DNA of 64,000 bases from a virus: the IMG/VR virus record IMGVR_UViG_3300005537_000022, positions 34,383 to 98,382 of that record. The stretch is one strand, 5' to 3'. Made by a program: the position numbers and the translations under genes. This document shows, piece after piece, positions 37,447 through 45,931 of this stretch. Below the pieces are notes generated by a model. It saw nothing but the letters and a program-made list of their open reading frames with translations, had not been told where the DNA came from and made no database searches. Numbering within the stretch: the first letter of the stretch is position 1; each line of letters starts with the position of its first letter.

Positions 37447-38397
37447 GTGGGAGCCTCCAACGCGATGTCAGCACTCCGGCTGTACTCCTCCAGGGTGCCG
37501 CCGCTTTCCATGTGCGCGCTCGCCTATATGGCGCTCGTCTCCATCGACAAGGATGCTGAGCCGTGGTACCAGGCGGGGGCCGAGCTGCTCGCCGTCATGG
37601 CACTCGGCCGCGACCCGCTAGCCGAGACCGGCGACGCGAAGGCGGACGCCAGGGCGCGGAAGGCGATGGAAGTCGCTTGCGAGCGCGCACTACGGCCGCT
37701 GTTCGCCACGGGTGCGATCACGACCGCCAAGCGCTCATCGGGGCATCTGCGGGGGTCGCACCACGCGAAGTACCGGCTGTGGCTGGACGCGCCCGCACCC
37801 GACGAGGCGCGCGACCCGCGCAACCGCGCGGCGCGGGGAGCGCCCTACGGAAACCGTGGTGTGCAGAACCCGGGCGAGACGGAGGCCGGGAACCCCGCCG
37901 ATGACGGCGTGCCCTACGGAAACCGTAGGGCACCCGAGGATGGCACCCTACGGAAACCGTGCCCGCACCCTACGGAAAGCGTTACAGCGCCCTACGGAAT
38001 CCGTAGGGCTAAGGAGTACGAGGAAGAAGAGGAGCGAATAGAAAACCTAGAGGAACATCCGCCTCTCTCGTCGGACCCGGTACCGGTACGCGCACGCGAG
38101 GCATCCGACGACCGGAATCATGTGACCTCAGTTCGGGTGATCGAGTCGCCGCTGCTCGCCGTCGTCCAGACCGAGGAGACCGGGGAGGACGCCCGGTGCC
38201 GGTACGACAGGTGCCTTACGCCACCCCAGCCCATTGAGGGCGACGGCCATCACGCCCGCTGCCGTCTCCTCGCGTCCGTCAAGGCCAAGGGCAAGCAGTC
38301 CCCGGCGGCGTCACGAGCCGGGCAGCGCCAGGACCACCGGGCCGGTGCAGGCAGCACCGGCCCGGGACTAACCGAACCCAGTCAGGAGACAGCATGA
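37447..38397 (+). CDS. Putative replication initiator with internal iterons
   Basis: Helical N-terminal domain followed by linker containing five 15-bp repeats and a purine-rich tract (lambda O-like layout); start approximate. Confidence 0.65.
   Translation: MGASNAMSALRLYSSRVPPLSMCALAYMALVSIDKDAEPWYQAGAELLAVMALGRDPLAETGDAKADARARKAMEVACERALRPLFATGAITTAKRSSGHLRGSHHAKYRLWLDAPAPDEARDPRNRAARGAPYGNRGVQNPGETEAGNPADDGVPYGNRRAPEDGTLRKPCPHPTESVTAPYGIRRAKEYEEEEERIENLEEHPPLSSDPVPVRAREASDDRNHVTSVRVIESPLLAVVQTEETGEDARCRYDRCLTPPQPIEGDGHHARCRLLASVKAKGKQSPAASRAGQRQDHRAGAGSTGPGLTEPSQETA
37843..38004 (+). repeat. Iteron array CCCTACGGAAACCGT x5 (candidate origin)
   Basis: Copies at 37843, 37912, 37946, 37968, 37990; last three 22 bp apart. 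Confidence 0.85.
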
Positions 38398-39008
38398 CCG
38401 CCATGAACAGCCCTGCCGTCCCGGTCCCCCCGGCCGCGCTCGCGGCGATGGACCCCGACGCCTTCGCCGAGCTCGTCCGCGCCTCCATCGGGAAGGAAGC
38501 CGGCCCCGACGTCTGGGATGCCCTCACCGCGCCGGAGGTCATCCACCGCACCAGGCTGGCACTCGGGGCCATTCACGCAGACGTGCAGAACCAGCTCAGC
38601 CTTGCCAACGCGAAACTGGAGGACGTGAACGGGCGGGACGCCTACTTCAGCGCCCGCGCCGGCCAGGCCGAGTGGAGGCGCAGGGCGATCGGGTTCCGCG
38701 GCCTTGTCGAGCGTCGCCTCACCTTCGTCAAATCCCGGATACCCCGCGCCCCCGCGCAGCAGCCGGCCGGGTCCGCCCTGACCCGGATGCGCTACCGGGA
38801 AGCCCTGGAGAAGCTGGGCCGCGCGGTCGCCGCCCACCGGGACCGGGTCCTGTCCGGAGAGGGGGGCGAGGATGACGACGACAGCCTGTGGGATCACCTT
38901 GAGGCAATCACCGTCCCGAACGGGCGGGGCGGCGAGATGCCCCTCAGTGAATGGCTGGACTGGCTGGACGACATGCGCGCCGAGGATGCGAGCGCCCCGC
39001 GCCCGTGA
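38394..39008 (+). CDS. Hypothetical helical protein
   Basis: AGGAG RBS, ATGA overlap with rep. Confidence 0.65.
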   Translation: MTAMNSPAVPVPPAALAAMDPDAFAELVRASIGKEAGPDVWDALTAPEVIHRTRLALGAIHADVQNQLSLANAKLEDVNGRDAYFSARAGQAEWRRRAIGFRGLVERRLTFVKSRIPRAPAQQPAGSALTRMRYREALEKLGRAVAAHRDRVLSGEGGEDDDDSLWDHLEAITVPNGRGGEMPLSEWLDWLDDMRAEDASAPRP

Positions 39009-39101
39009 GAAGAGACCGCGTGTACCACGATCACTGCCGCCGCTACGCGTCCGTCAAGGCGCGCGGCAGGAAGCCCGCATGATCAGGAAGGATATGGACC
39101 C

Positions 39102-39839
39102 ATGACCACCGACGCCGGGACCGCCGCCGTGGCGGAGATCAAGCCGCCGCCGAACGTGCTGCTCGCGGGCATCAACGGATCAACCGCCTACGGTTTGGCG
39201 ACCGAGGACTCTGACGTTGACCGGATCGGCTGCTACGCTGCCCCGACATCCCAGTTCCACGGGCTGCACCTCCCGGTCGGCAAGGCCGCGACCTGGGTCA
39301 GCACGAAGCCCGACGCCACCTACCACGAGGCGGGGAAGCTGGCCGCGCTGCTGCTGAGCTGCAACCCAACGGTCACGGAGCTTGTCTGGCTGGGGTCCTA
39401 CGAGGTCAAGACACCCGAGGGTGAGGCGCTGATCGGAATCCGCGCCTCGTTCCTGTCGGCGAAGGCGGTCCGCAACGCCTACCTCGGCTACGCAACCAGC
39501 CAGTTCGGGCGGATACGGAACCGGGGTGACGGGTCGTTCTCGGCCGACACCCGCAAGCGCACGGCCAAGCACGCCCGGCACCTGTGGAGACTGCTGTACC
39601 AGGGTTCCGAGGTTCACCGGACCGGTTACCTGCCCGTATGGCTCTCGCCGAACCGGGCGGCGAACTGCCGCGCGTTCGGCGAGCGCGTCGCGGCCGGGGA
39701 CCTGGACCTTGCTGCCGAAGCGCTGCGAGACGCCGAGGAGGCATTCGACCAGCCCGGCGAGCTGGCCGACCGACCCGACCCGTCGGCGGCCGAGGCTTGG
39801 CTACAGGATGTCCGCCGCGCCCACTGGGACCGGCCGTGA
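39102..39839 (+). CDS. Pol-beta superfamily nucleotidyltransferase (YcgL/RlaP-like)
   Basis: GSTAYGLATEDSDVD, NPTVTEL, YLGYA..Q, KHARHL.RLL. Confidence 0.88.
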   Translation: MTTDAGTAAVAEIKPPPNVLLAGINGSTAYGLATEDSDVDRIGCYAAPTSQFHGLHLPVGKAATWVSTKPDATYHEAGKLAALLLSCNPTVTELVWLGSYEVKTPEGEALIGIRASFLSAKAVRNAYLGYATSQFGRIRNRGDGSFSADTRKRTAKHARHLWRLLYQGSEVHRTGYLPVWLSPNRAANCRAFGERVAAGDLDLAAEALRDAEEAFDQPGELADRPDPSAAEAWLQDVRRAHWDRP

Positions 39840-40075
39840 CCGCAGTGGACGGCGACGCCGGCAGGCCCGCGTACACCGCCATCGCGAGACGCTGGGAACA
39901 CGGCCTGGAACTGCACGTCAACGGCGTCGGCGTGACCCAGTCGCACGGCATGGACGACGCCGAGGCGATGGCCCGCGACTACATCGCCCTCAGCACCGGG
40001 GCAGATCCCGGCTCGTTCGACGTGGAGATAATCTCCGAAGCCCGGACTGAACACGGCAGCGCCCCGCGCCCGTGA
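39836..40075 (+). CDS. HicB-like protein
   Basis: YTA.ARRW...ELHV.GVGVTQS...DDAEAMARDYIAL. Confidence 0.7.
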   Translation: MTAVDGDAGRPAYTAIARRWEHGLELHVNGVGVTQSHGMDDAEAMARDYIALSTGADPGSFDVEIISEARTEHGSAPRP

Positions 40076-40104
40076 CCGGGCGCGGGGCGCTGCCTGCCGC
40101 CGGC

Positions 40105-40449
40105 CTAGCCGACTTTCCCGCCGGTCCTCTCCGTCGCGTAGGCGGCGAAGGCGTCAACGCAGTTGACCCTCTTGGAGCCGTATGCGGAGACGATGGTTGC
40201 GAGGTGGCCGGCGAGCTGCGTGACCGACTCGTCCTTCACGCCGCCCTTGACCTCGATCTGGCGGGTGGCGGAGATCTCCGCCGCGAGCTGGGCGCGGGTG
40301 CCGGTGCAGTGGGCGGCTATCGCCGTGATGGCGGACTGCTCGGCGGCGGGGATCGCGGGGGCGGCCGGGGCCTCCGAGGCGTGGACGGTGCAGCCTGCGG
40401 CGGTGATCGCGGCGGCCAGGGCCAGGGCGGTGCGGACGGTGCTGTTCAA
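40105..40449 (-). CDS. Small lipoprotein
   Basis: Signal peptide with lipobox TAAGC; two further Cys. Confidence 0.7.
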   Translation of the reverse strand: MNSTVRTALALAAAITAAGCTVHASEAPAAPAIPAAEQSAITAIAAHCTGTRAQLAAEISATRQIEVKGGVKDESVTQLAGHLATIVSAYGSKRVNCVDAFAAYATERTGGKVG

Positions 40450-40631
40450 GATCGTTTTCCCTCCCGTTCGCGCGGGGCACGCCGCCCCGCGTCACCCGCG
40501 ATTCGACCGGCGGCCAAGATCGATTGCAGCGGGTTGCCCGTACTGAAGCCGGGGCGTTGCCGGGGCGTTACGGGGAGTCCCCGGCATGAGGGAGCCGGCA
40601 AGCCCGCCCCTGCGGCGGTACCGTGGGCCGC

Positions 40632-41000
40632 GTGACCACGATTCTCGACTCGATCGACGGCGCGGTCCGCGACTGGGAAACTAGCCGCGACGCGATGCGG
40701 TGGGTGCCGGGGGAAGCACGGGGCGGCCTGCCGCCGGCACGGGACGGGGCCGTGCACGTGCAGGTGCACGTGGATGTCGCCCCGCTCGCCGAGGCACTGG
40801 GGCTGATGCTCGCCGACCTGACGCGCCTCCTCGGCAGCTTCACGTCTGCTGCCGGCTCGGCGGCGGGGGAGATCGTGCACCTGGCGGCGGTTCTCGGCGT
40901 GCGGCCGGAACGCCGGCGTGGCGGCGGCAGGCTCGCGGTCGACGGGCACGCCTATCAGCGCAGGCTCCGCGCCCGGCGGAAGCGGAAGAGGCACGGCTGA
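40632..41000 (+). CDS. Hypothetical protein with basic tail
   Basis: TACCGT-7nt-GTG start. Confidence 0.55.
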   Translation: MTTILDSIDGAVRDWETSRDAMRWVPGEARGGLPPARDGAVHVQVHVDVAPLAEALGLMLADLTRLLGSFTSAAGSAAGEIVHLAAVLGVRPERRRGGGRLAVDGHAYQRRLRARRKRKRHG

Positions 41001-41028
41001 GCCGGACCGGGCCGCTAGCATGGCCTCC

Positions 41029-41307
41029 GTGCGACTGACCACGAACCCATTGACCGCCGACGCCGAGGCGTGGGACCCCGCGAACCCGGCCCCGTTCACC
41101 CGGCTGGCAGGCTCCCAGTACCTCGGCACGGACGGCGACACCGCCCTGTACCGGTCACGGGAAGGCCGGGAGGGGCGCGCCTGGCCGGGCTGGCTGGTGA
41201 TCCGCCCGGACGGCAGCGGGGACGGGGAGGCGCTGTTCACCGATCCGGTGAACGTCGGGGACGGCGAGATCTGGGGCGCGGAGACCGCCGGGCCGGGCCG
41301 CGACTAG
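41029..41307 (+). CDS. Hypothetical protein
   Basis: TAGCAT-7nt-GTG start. Confidence 0.55.
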   Translation: MRLTTNPLTADAEAWDPANPAPFTRLAGSQYLGTDGDTALYRSREGREGRAWPGWLVIRPDGSGDGEALFTDPVNVGDGEIWGAETAGPGRD

Positions 41308-41313
41308 TTCCGC

Positions 41314-41350
41314 TTGTCAAATCTCTTACACGTACTGTAAGATTATTTAC
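41314..41350 (+). promoter_or_regulatory. Sigma70-type leaderless promoter with operator
   Basis: TTGTCA-18-TAAGAT-7-ATG; inverted repeat TCTTACA-5-TGTAAGA. Confidence 0.8.
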
Positions 41351-41860
41351 ATGACGATGAAGGCACAGCCCCGGCGGCCCGCGATCTTCCGGGGCGTCCA
41401 GGGACACTGCGAAGTCCGCTTCACCTGCACCTTCCCCGGCGGCGCGGCCGGCTACGTGTCCGGCCACCTCTGCCAGTTCACCGCCACCCGCCCCGACGAG
41501 AACGGCATCCGCACCCTCAGCGGCATCTGGGTGAAGCCCGGCATCCGCAGCGACATCCCCGCCTCCGCGATCCGCGACGACGACGGCAACGTCTGGTGCG
41601 CCGCCTCCGGCATCACCGGCGACCCCGGAACCGGCCTGATCATCCCCGTCTCGAAGAAGGAGATCGCCACCGGGACCGGCGCGGCCCGCCACCTGGCCCC
41701 CTCCGAGCGGCAGGTCTCCTACGCGCTGTCCCTCTGCGACCGCGACGGCGACCCCGGCGGCGGCAACTTCTACAGGCCGTCCGAAGAAGAATTCCGCGCC
41801 ATGAGCCGCGCCCAGATCAGCGCGTGGACCGGCACGGCCGAATCGGAGCTGAGGATCTGA
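41351..41860 (+). CDS. Hypothetical protein
   Basis: First gene after strong promoter. Confidence 0.7.
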   Translation: MTMKAQPRRPAIFRGVQGHCEVRFTCTFPGGAAGYVSGHLCQFTATRPDENGIRTLSGIWVKPGIRSDIPASAIRDDDGNVWCAASGITGDPGTGLIIPVSKKEIATGTGAARHLAPSERQVSYALSLCDRDGDPGGGNFYRPSEEEFRAMSRAQISAWTGTAESELRI

Positions 41861-42336
41861 TGGGCAGCGTCAAGGTGTACGCGCCGGGCCTGTTCGACGA
41901 TCAGGGCGAAATCTGGGCCAGGTTCGACTACGACCGCATACGCGGCAGGTGGTCCGATGCCGACCCGGTGACCGGGGCGGGCAGTGGCGGCACGGGACGC
42001 GGCGAGGCCGTGATCCTCACCGGCGACGGCCGGGCCAGGTGGGTGCTGGAGAAGTGGACCAACTGGGGCGGCGAGGCCGCCCGGCACGAGCGCCTGGACG
42101 AGCCGGAAGCCCGCGAGTGGCTGGAGCGCAACGGGTTCGACCGCGCGGTCGCCGAGCACTTCGGCGGCAGCCTCGACGACGCGCTCCACGACGCGGCCAT
42201 GTACAGGGAGATCACCGCGCGGCGCGACGAGATCATCCGCGCCTGCAAGCGCGCCGGGGCGGAAGTCGCCCAGATCGCGAAGGTGATGGGACTGAGCAGG
42301 CCGACCGTCTACGAGGCGCTGAAGAGCACGGAGTAG
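41860..42336 (+). CDS. Protein with C-terminal HTH
   Basis: VAQIAKVMGLSRPTVYEAL; TGATG coupling. Confidence 0.75.
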   Translation: MGSVKVYAPGLFDDQGEIWARFDYDRIRGRWSDADPVTGAGSGGTGRGEAVILTGDGRARWVLEKWTNWGGEAARHERLDEPEAREWLERNGFDRAVAEHFGGSLDDALHDAAMYREITARRDEIIRACKRAGAEVAQIAKVMGLSRPTVYEALKSTE

Positions 42337-42337
42337 C

Positions 42338-42395
42338 TTGCGGTGGTAGTACAACCCTGATAGGTTGGTACTACCACCGAGCGAGGGAGACGGAA
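42338..42395 (+). promoter_or_regulatory. Promoter/operator copy 1
   Basis: TTGCGG-17-TAGGTT overlapped by inverted repeat CGGTGGTAGTAC...GTACTACCACCG. Confidence 0.75.
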
Positions 42396-42623
42396 ATGGC
42401 ACTCAGGTCACAGCGCAGCCAGGCAATCCAGCAGGCGGCACTCGCAGTCGTCGAGGGCGGCAGGTACGACGCCAGCCTCACCGAGACAGCCGAGCGGCTC
42501 ATCAGGTCAGCAGACCCGCACACCGTCACCGACCAGCGCGGCAGTCATTTCGAGTGGTCCTTCAGCTACGACGACGTGCCCGAGATCGTAGCCGCGGCAG
42601 AAAAGATCCTGGCCGGTGCCTAA
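42396..42623 (+). CDS. Small hypothetical protein
   Basis: GAGGGAG RBS; MALRSQRSQAIQQ. Confidence 0.7.
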   Translation: MALRSQRSQAIQQAALAVVEGGRYDASLTETAERLIRSADPHTVTDQRGSHFEWSFSYDDVPEIVAAAEKILAGA

Positions 42624-42774
42624 CCAGCACAAGAGAGCCCCTTTGTCGATCCGGCTCCCGGAGGCCGAGGAGGCGCGCCTGCGCGAGTACGCCAAGGCGC
42701 ACCGCATCTCGATCGGCGAGGCGGTCAGGCTGGCCGTCCGGGAGCTGCTCGGCGACGAGGTGCCGGAAGTCTAG
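42616..42774 (+). CDS. Ribbon-helix-helix protein
   Basis: Below ORF-track cutoff; MPNQHKRAPLSIRLPEAEEARLREYAKAHRISIGEAVRLAVRELL. Confidence 0.75.
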   Translation: MPNQHKRAPLSIRLPEAEEARLREYAKAHRISIGEAVRLAVRELLGDEVPEV

Positions 42775-42826
42775 GCGCGCGGGATGGCCGTTCCCGGTTG
42801 TCGGTGCCCGACCCTACCGTGGCCTC

Positions 42827-43102
42827 ATGGACCTGGACCAGCCGGCGTTCCCGGGCATCGCGCCCGCACCGCCGCCTGATGGCATGGAGCCGCTGTTCCC
42901 CGAGCTGGGGCCGCCCGGCGCGAGGCCCGTCGAGGTGATGGTCACCGTGCCGGACGGGCGCTCGCGGCGGTGCGTGATGCACATCGTGGCGTCGGAGGAT
43001 GACGCGGCCAAGGCGGTGTCGGTGGCGATGTCCGCGTGCCGTGGCGTGGAGGGGTTCGAGGTCACGGCGAGGCGGTTCGCGCCGGAGGCGAAGCCGGCGT
43101 AG
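42827..43102 (+). CDS. Hypothetical protein
   Basis: TACCGT-6nt-ATG start. Confidence 0.55.
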   Translation: MDLDQPAFPGIAPAPPPDGMEPLFPELGPPGARPVEVMVTVPDGRSRRCVMHIVASEDDAAKAVSVAMSACRGVEGFEVTARRFAPEAKPA

Positions 43103-43104
43103 TG

Positions 43105-43222
43105 CCTGCGCGCCCGCGCGGCCGAGATGGGGCTGGCGATCGGCCCGCTCGTCGCGGACGCGGTGCGGGAGAAGCTGGACCGCCTGGACGCCGAGAGGGG
43201 CCCGCTGGAAATTTCCGCCTGA
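43105..43222 (+). pseudogene. 3' remnant of an RHH gene
   Basis: LRARAAEMGLAIGPLVADAVREKLDRL resembles the helices of 42616..42774 but lacks the N-terminal strand. Confidence 0.45.
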
Positions 43223-43226
43223 CCGC

Positions 43227-43286
43227 TTGCGGTGGTAGTACCCCCATGCTAAGGTGGTACTACCACCAAGCGGGAGGAGAACGGAA
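43227..43286 (+). promoter_or_regulatory. Promoter/operator copy 2
   Basis: TTGCGG-17-TAAGGT with GGTGGTAGTACC...GGTACTACCACC; same ACGGAAATG start context as copy 1. Confidence 0.75.
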
Positions 43287-43553
43287 ATGAGCACCATCAT
43301 CATCGCCGGACGGATCGCCGAGGCATACGAGACCATCGCCCCCGCAGGCGGCTACGCCAGCATCCTCCGGCTCCGCGAGGCCCTGGCCGACATCCCCGCC
43401 CGCGACCTGGACGGCACGCTCGCGAAGATGTACGAGGAGCAGCTAGTCAACCTGGTGCCCCGCTCCTGCCAGGCGCTGCTCACCCCGGCCGACCGGGCGG
43501 CGGCGGTCACGGTCGGCGGCGAGGCCAAGCACCTCATCGCCTGGGCCGCCTGA
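43287..43553 (+). CDS. Small hypothetical protein (possible winged helix)
   Basis: GGAGGAG RBS. Confidence 0.7.
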   Translation: MSTIIIAGRIAEAYETIAPAGGYASILRLREALADIPARDLDGTLAKMYEEQLVNLVPRSCQALLTPADRAAAVTVGGEAKHLIAWAA

Positions 43554-44067
43554 AGGGAAGGCCGGCAGTTGCCGGGTTGTCCGGGACTGGGCGGCGGACA
43601 ACCCGGACAACCCTGGGTAGGCTGCAATCGTGCGCACTCGCGCCCCCGATCCCCCGGAGATGATCTTGAACCCCGCCGTGCTCGCGTACGCCGAGATCGG
43701 CCGGGCGGCACTCCCGCTCGCGGCCCCGGCGGAACTCGCACGGCGCGCGGAGCTGCTGGAGGCCGGGAGGCTCGACGCGGGCGACGAGCGGCGCACGGTC
43801 AACGACATGCGCCTCGTCGCGTCGGCACTGACGCAGGCAGCCGGACCGGGCCGCGTGAACCAGGCGGCGATATTATGCCATCGGGCCGTTTCCGCAGGCC
43901 AGAGACCGGGATCTTATAGTTCCGCCCCTTGATTCGAGGGACGTGTCTATGCCTGCGACGCGCCCGGCACCGCCGCTAGGCTCTGCTGTGAGGATCTAGA
44001 AAAGGTGACGGGACAGGCGGGCTCCAACCGCCTGTCCCGTGCGGTTTCCGGGCGACGGCGGGGGGCC

Positions 44068-44304
44068 ATGGACTACCTCACTGACGACGAGCGCGAGGCC
44101 GTGCGCCTCGCGGGCGAGCTCTACACGCTGATCGCCGAGCGCGTCGTGGCGCACGGCCCCACCCGCGAAGATGATCTTGCCGAGATCTGCGGCCTGGTCC
44201 ACGCAATCCAGGGGAGGGTCCTCGCCAACGCCGCCGCCCGGCTTTACCCAGCCGAGTTCAGGGTCCTCGGCGGAACCGTCGGGGAGCACCATCCCGCAGG
44301 ATGA
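44068..44304 (+). CDS. Hypothetical protein
   Basis: MDYLTDDEREAV; its 3' end is duplicated downstream. Confidence 0.6.
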   Translation: MDYLTDDEREAVRLAGELYTLIAERVVAHGPTREDDLAEICGLVHAIQGRVLANAAARLYPAEFRVLGGTVGEHHPAG

Positions 44305-44465
44305 TCTTGGTTATATCCGCGCGATACCGGTATATATCCGCGCCGCACGGGCCCGTTCGCCGCTGTGCGGATATCAGTCGCGCGCCTGTACCCCGGCCGA
44401 GTTCCGGGTCCTGGGAGGAACGGTCGGGAATCACCATTCCGCAGGATGATCTTGGCGCTATCCGT
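44239..44465 (+). repeat. Diverged direct repeat of about 80 bp
   Basis: gccgagttc.gggtcct.gg.ggaac.gtcggg...caccat.ccgcaggatgatcttgg present twice. Confidence 0.8.
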
Positions 44466-44599
44466 GGGATGCCGTCCGGTTGCCGCCCCGCCGGGCATTA
44501 CTGCACCGTAACGAGGCAATGACTGTCCGGCATGACTGGACCCCGCACGCTAATGTGAATCTTGTCGAGGGATTCACCAGCAGCAGGCGGGGTCTAGTC

Positions 44600-45802
44600 A
44601 TGAACGATAGCACGGTCGAAAGCACGATCGGGAGCCGTCTCCGCGCCGCGCGCCGCGAGCGCGGCCTCACCCAGGAACAGCTCGCCGCCCGCTCGGGGGT
44701 GAGCCTGGAACTGATCGGCAAGCTGGAGCAGGGCAAGCGCGAGACCGCGCGGATCACCACCCTCACGAAGCTCGCCAACTCCCTTGGAGTCTCCTTGTCC
44801 TCACTGCTCGGCCGCCGGGAGCGGCTGGAGCGGGGCGCGTCCGAAGGCGTCCTCGCCGTCCGCGACACGCTCCTGTCCGTCGCCGACCTCCCCGGCATCG
44901 ACGCCACCGCCGACACGGGGGAGCCCACGCCGCTGAGCGTGCTGGACGCCGCCGTGCGGCGCGGCTGGGACCTGTACTGGGACGGCCGCCTCGCCGATCT
45001 CGCCGCCATGCTGCCGGGCCTGGTCGGCGAGGCCAGGCTCGCCCGCGACCGGGGCGGCCCGGAGGCGGCACGGCCGCTCGCGCAGGCATACCAGCTCGCC
45101 GCGGACCTCATGGTTCACATGGGGAGCGACGACCTGGCCATGGTCGCCGCCGAGCGGGCGCTCCGCGCCGCGGCGGACGGGAACGACGAACTCCAGTACG
45201 CGACGCTGTTCGGGACGGCGTCCTGGGTGCTCCTGCACCAGGGACGGACCGCCGAGGCGGAGAAGGTCGCCAGGGCGGCGGCGGAGCGGATCGAGCCGCG
45301 CCTGTCGTCGGCGACCCCGGAGCACCTGACCGTCTGGGGCGCGCTGCTGCTGTCGGCTGCCGCGCCGGCCGCCACGGCGGCGCGGGCGGATGACGTGGAG
45401 ACGTACATCGGCCTGGCGCGGTCGGCGGCGGGGCGGTTCGATGCCGACCGCCACGACTACTGGGTCAGCTTCGGCCCGTCCCAGGTCGCCATGCAGGACT
45501 GCTACACGTCCTCCGTCCTCGGCCGCCCCGGGCGGGCGATCAAGGCGGCGGCGGGAGTGCGGCGGGAGCACCTGCTGGGCATCTCGTGGGGTGCCCACCA
45601 CCTTGACGTCGCGCAGGCGTGGGCTTCCGACGGGCAGCATGACGCGCAGGCGGCGCAGGCGCTGGCGGTCGCCTGCGAGGTGTCGCCGGAATGGTTCAGG
45701 CACCAGGGGCTGGCCCGGAGCCTGACGCGGGAACTGGCGGAGCGGCGGACCCGGCTCGGCGAGCCGCTGAGCACCCTCATGGCGGCGATCGGCGCGCGGT
45801 GA
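44600..45802 (+). CDS. XRE-family HTH regulator with helical C-terminal domain
   Basis: IGSRLRAARRERGLTQEQLAARSGVS...IGKLEQG; architecture common on actinomycete mobile elements. Confidence 0.88.
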   Translation: MNDSTVESTIGSRLRAARRERGLTQEQLAARSGVSLELIGKLEQGKRETARITTLTKLANSLGVSLSSLLGRRERLERGASEGVLAVRDTLLSVADLPGIDATADTGEPTPLSVLDAAVRRGWDLYWDGRLADLAAMLPGLVGEARLARDRGGPEAARPLAQAYQLAADLMVHMGSDDLAMVAAERALRAAADGNDELQYATLFGTASWVLLHQGRTAEAEKVARAAAERIEPRLSSATPEHLTVWGALLLSAAAPAATAARADDVETYIGLARSAAGRFDADRHDYWVSFGPSQVAMQDCYTSSVLGRPGRAIKAAAGVRREHLLGISWGAHHLDVAQAWASDGQHDAQAAQALAVACEVSPEWFRHQGLARSLTRELAERRTRLGEPLSTLMAAIGAR

Positions 45803-45931
45803 CCATACCCGTACGCAGTGTACGGGAATGGTCGCGCTCGCAGCCGTTACCCGTACGCCATGTCCCTGGTACTAGCCCGCCTACCCCGCGTAGCGTCTGC
45901 GTCACTTGAGACATTCCCAGGGGAGGGGTCT

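Noticed and set aside
37843-38004. CRISPR array
   Set aside because: Repeats are 15 bp with 7-54 bp irregular gaps, lie inside an ORF, and no cas genes are present; iterons fit better.
44239-44465. DGR template/variable repeat pair
   Set aside because: Differences are mostly synonymous and not adenine-specific; no reverse transcriptase in the window.
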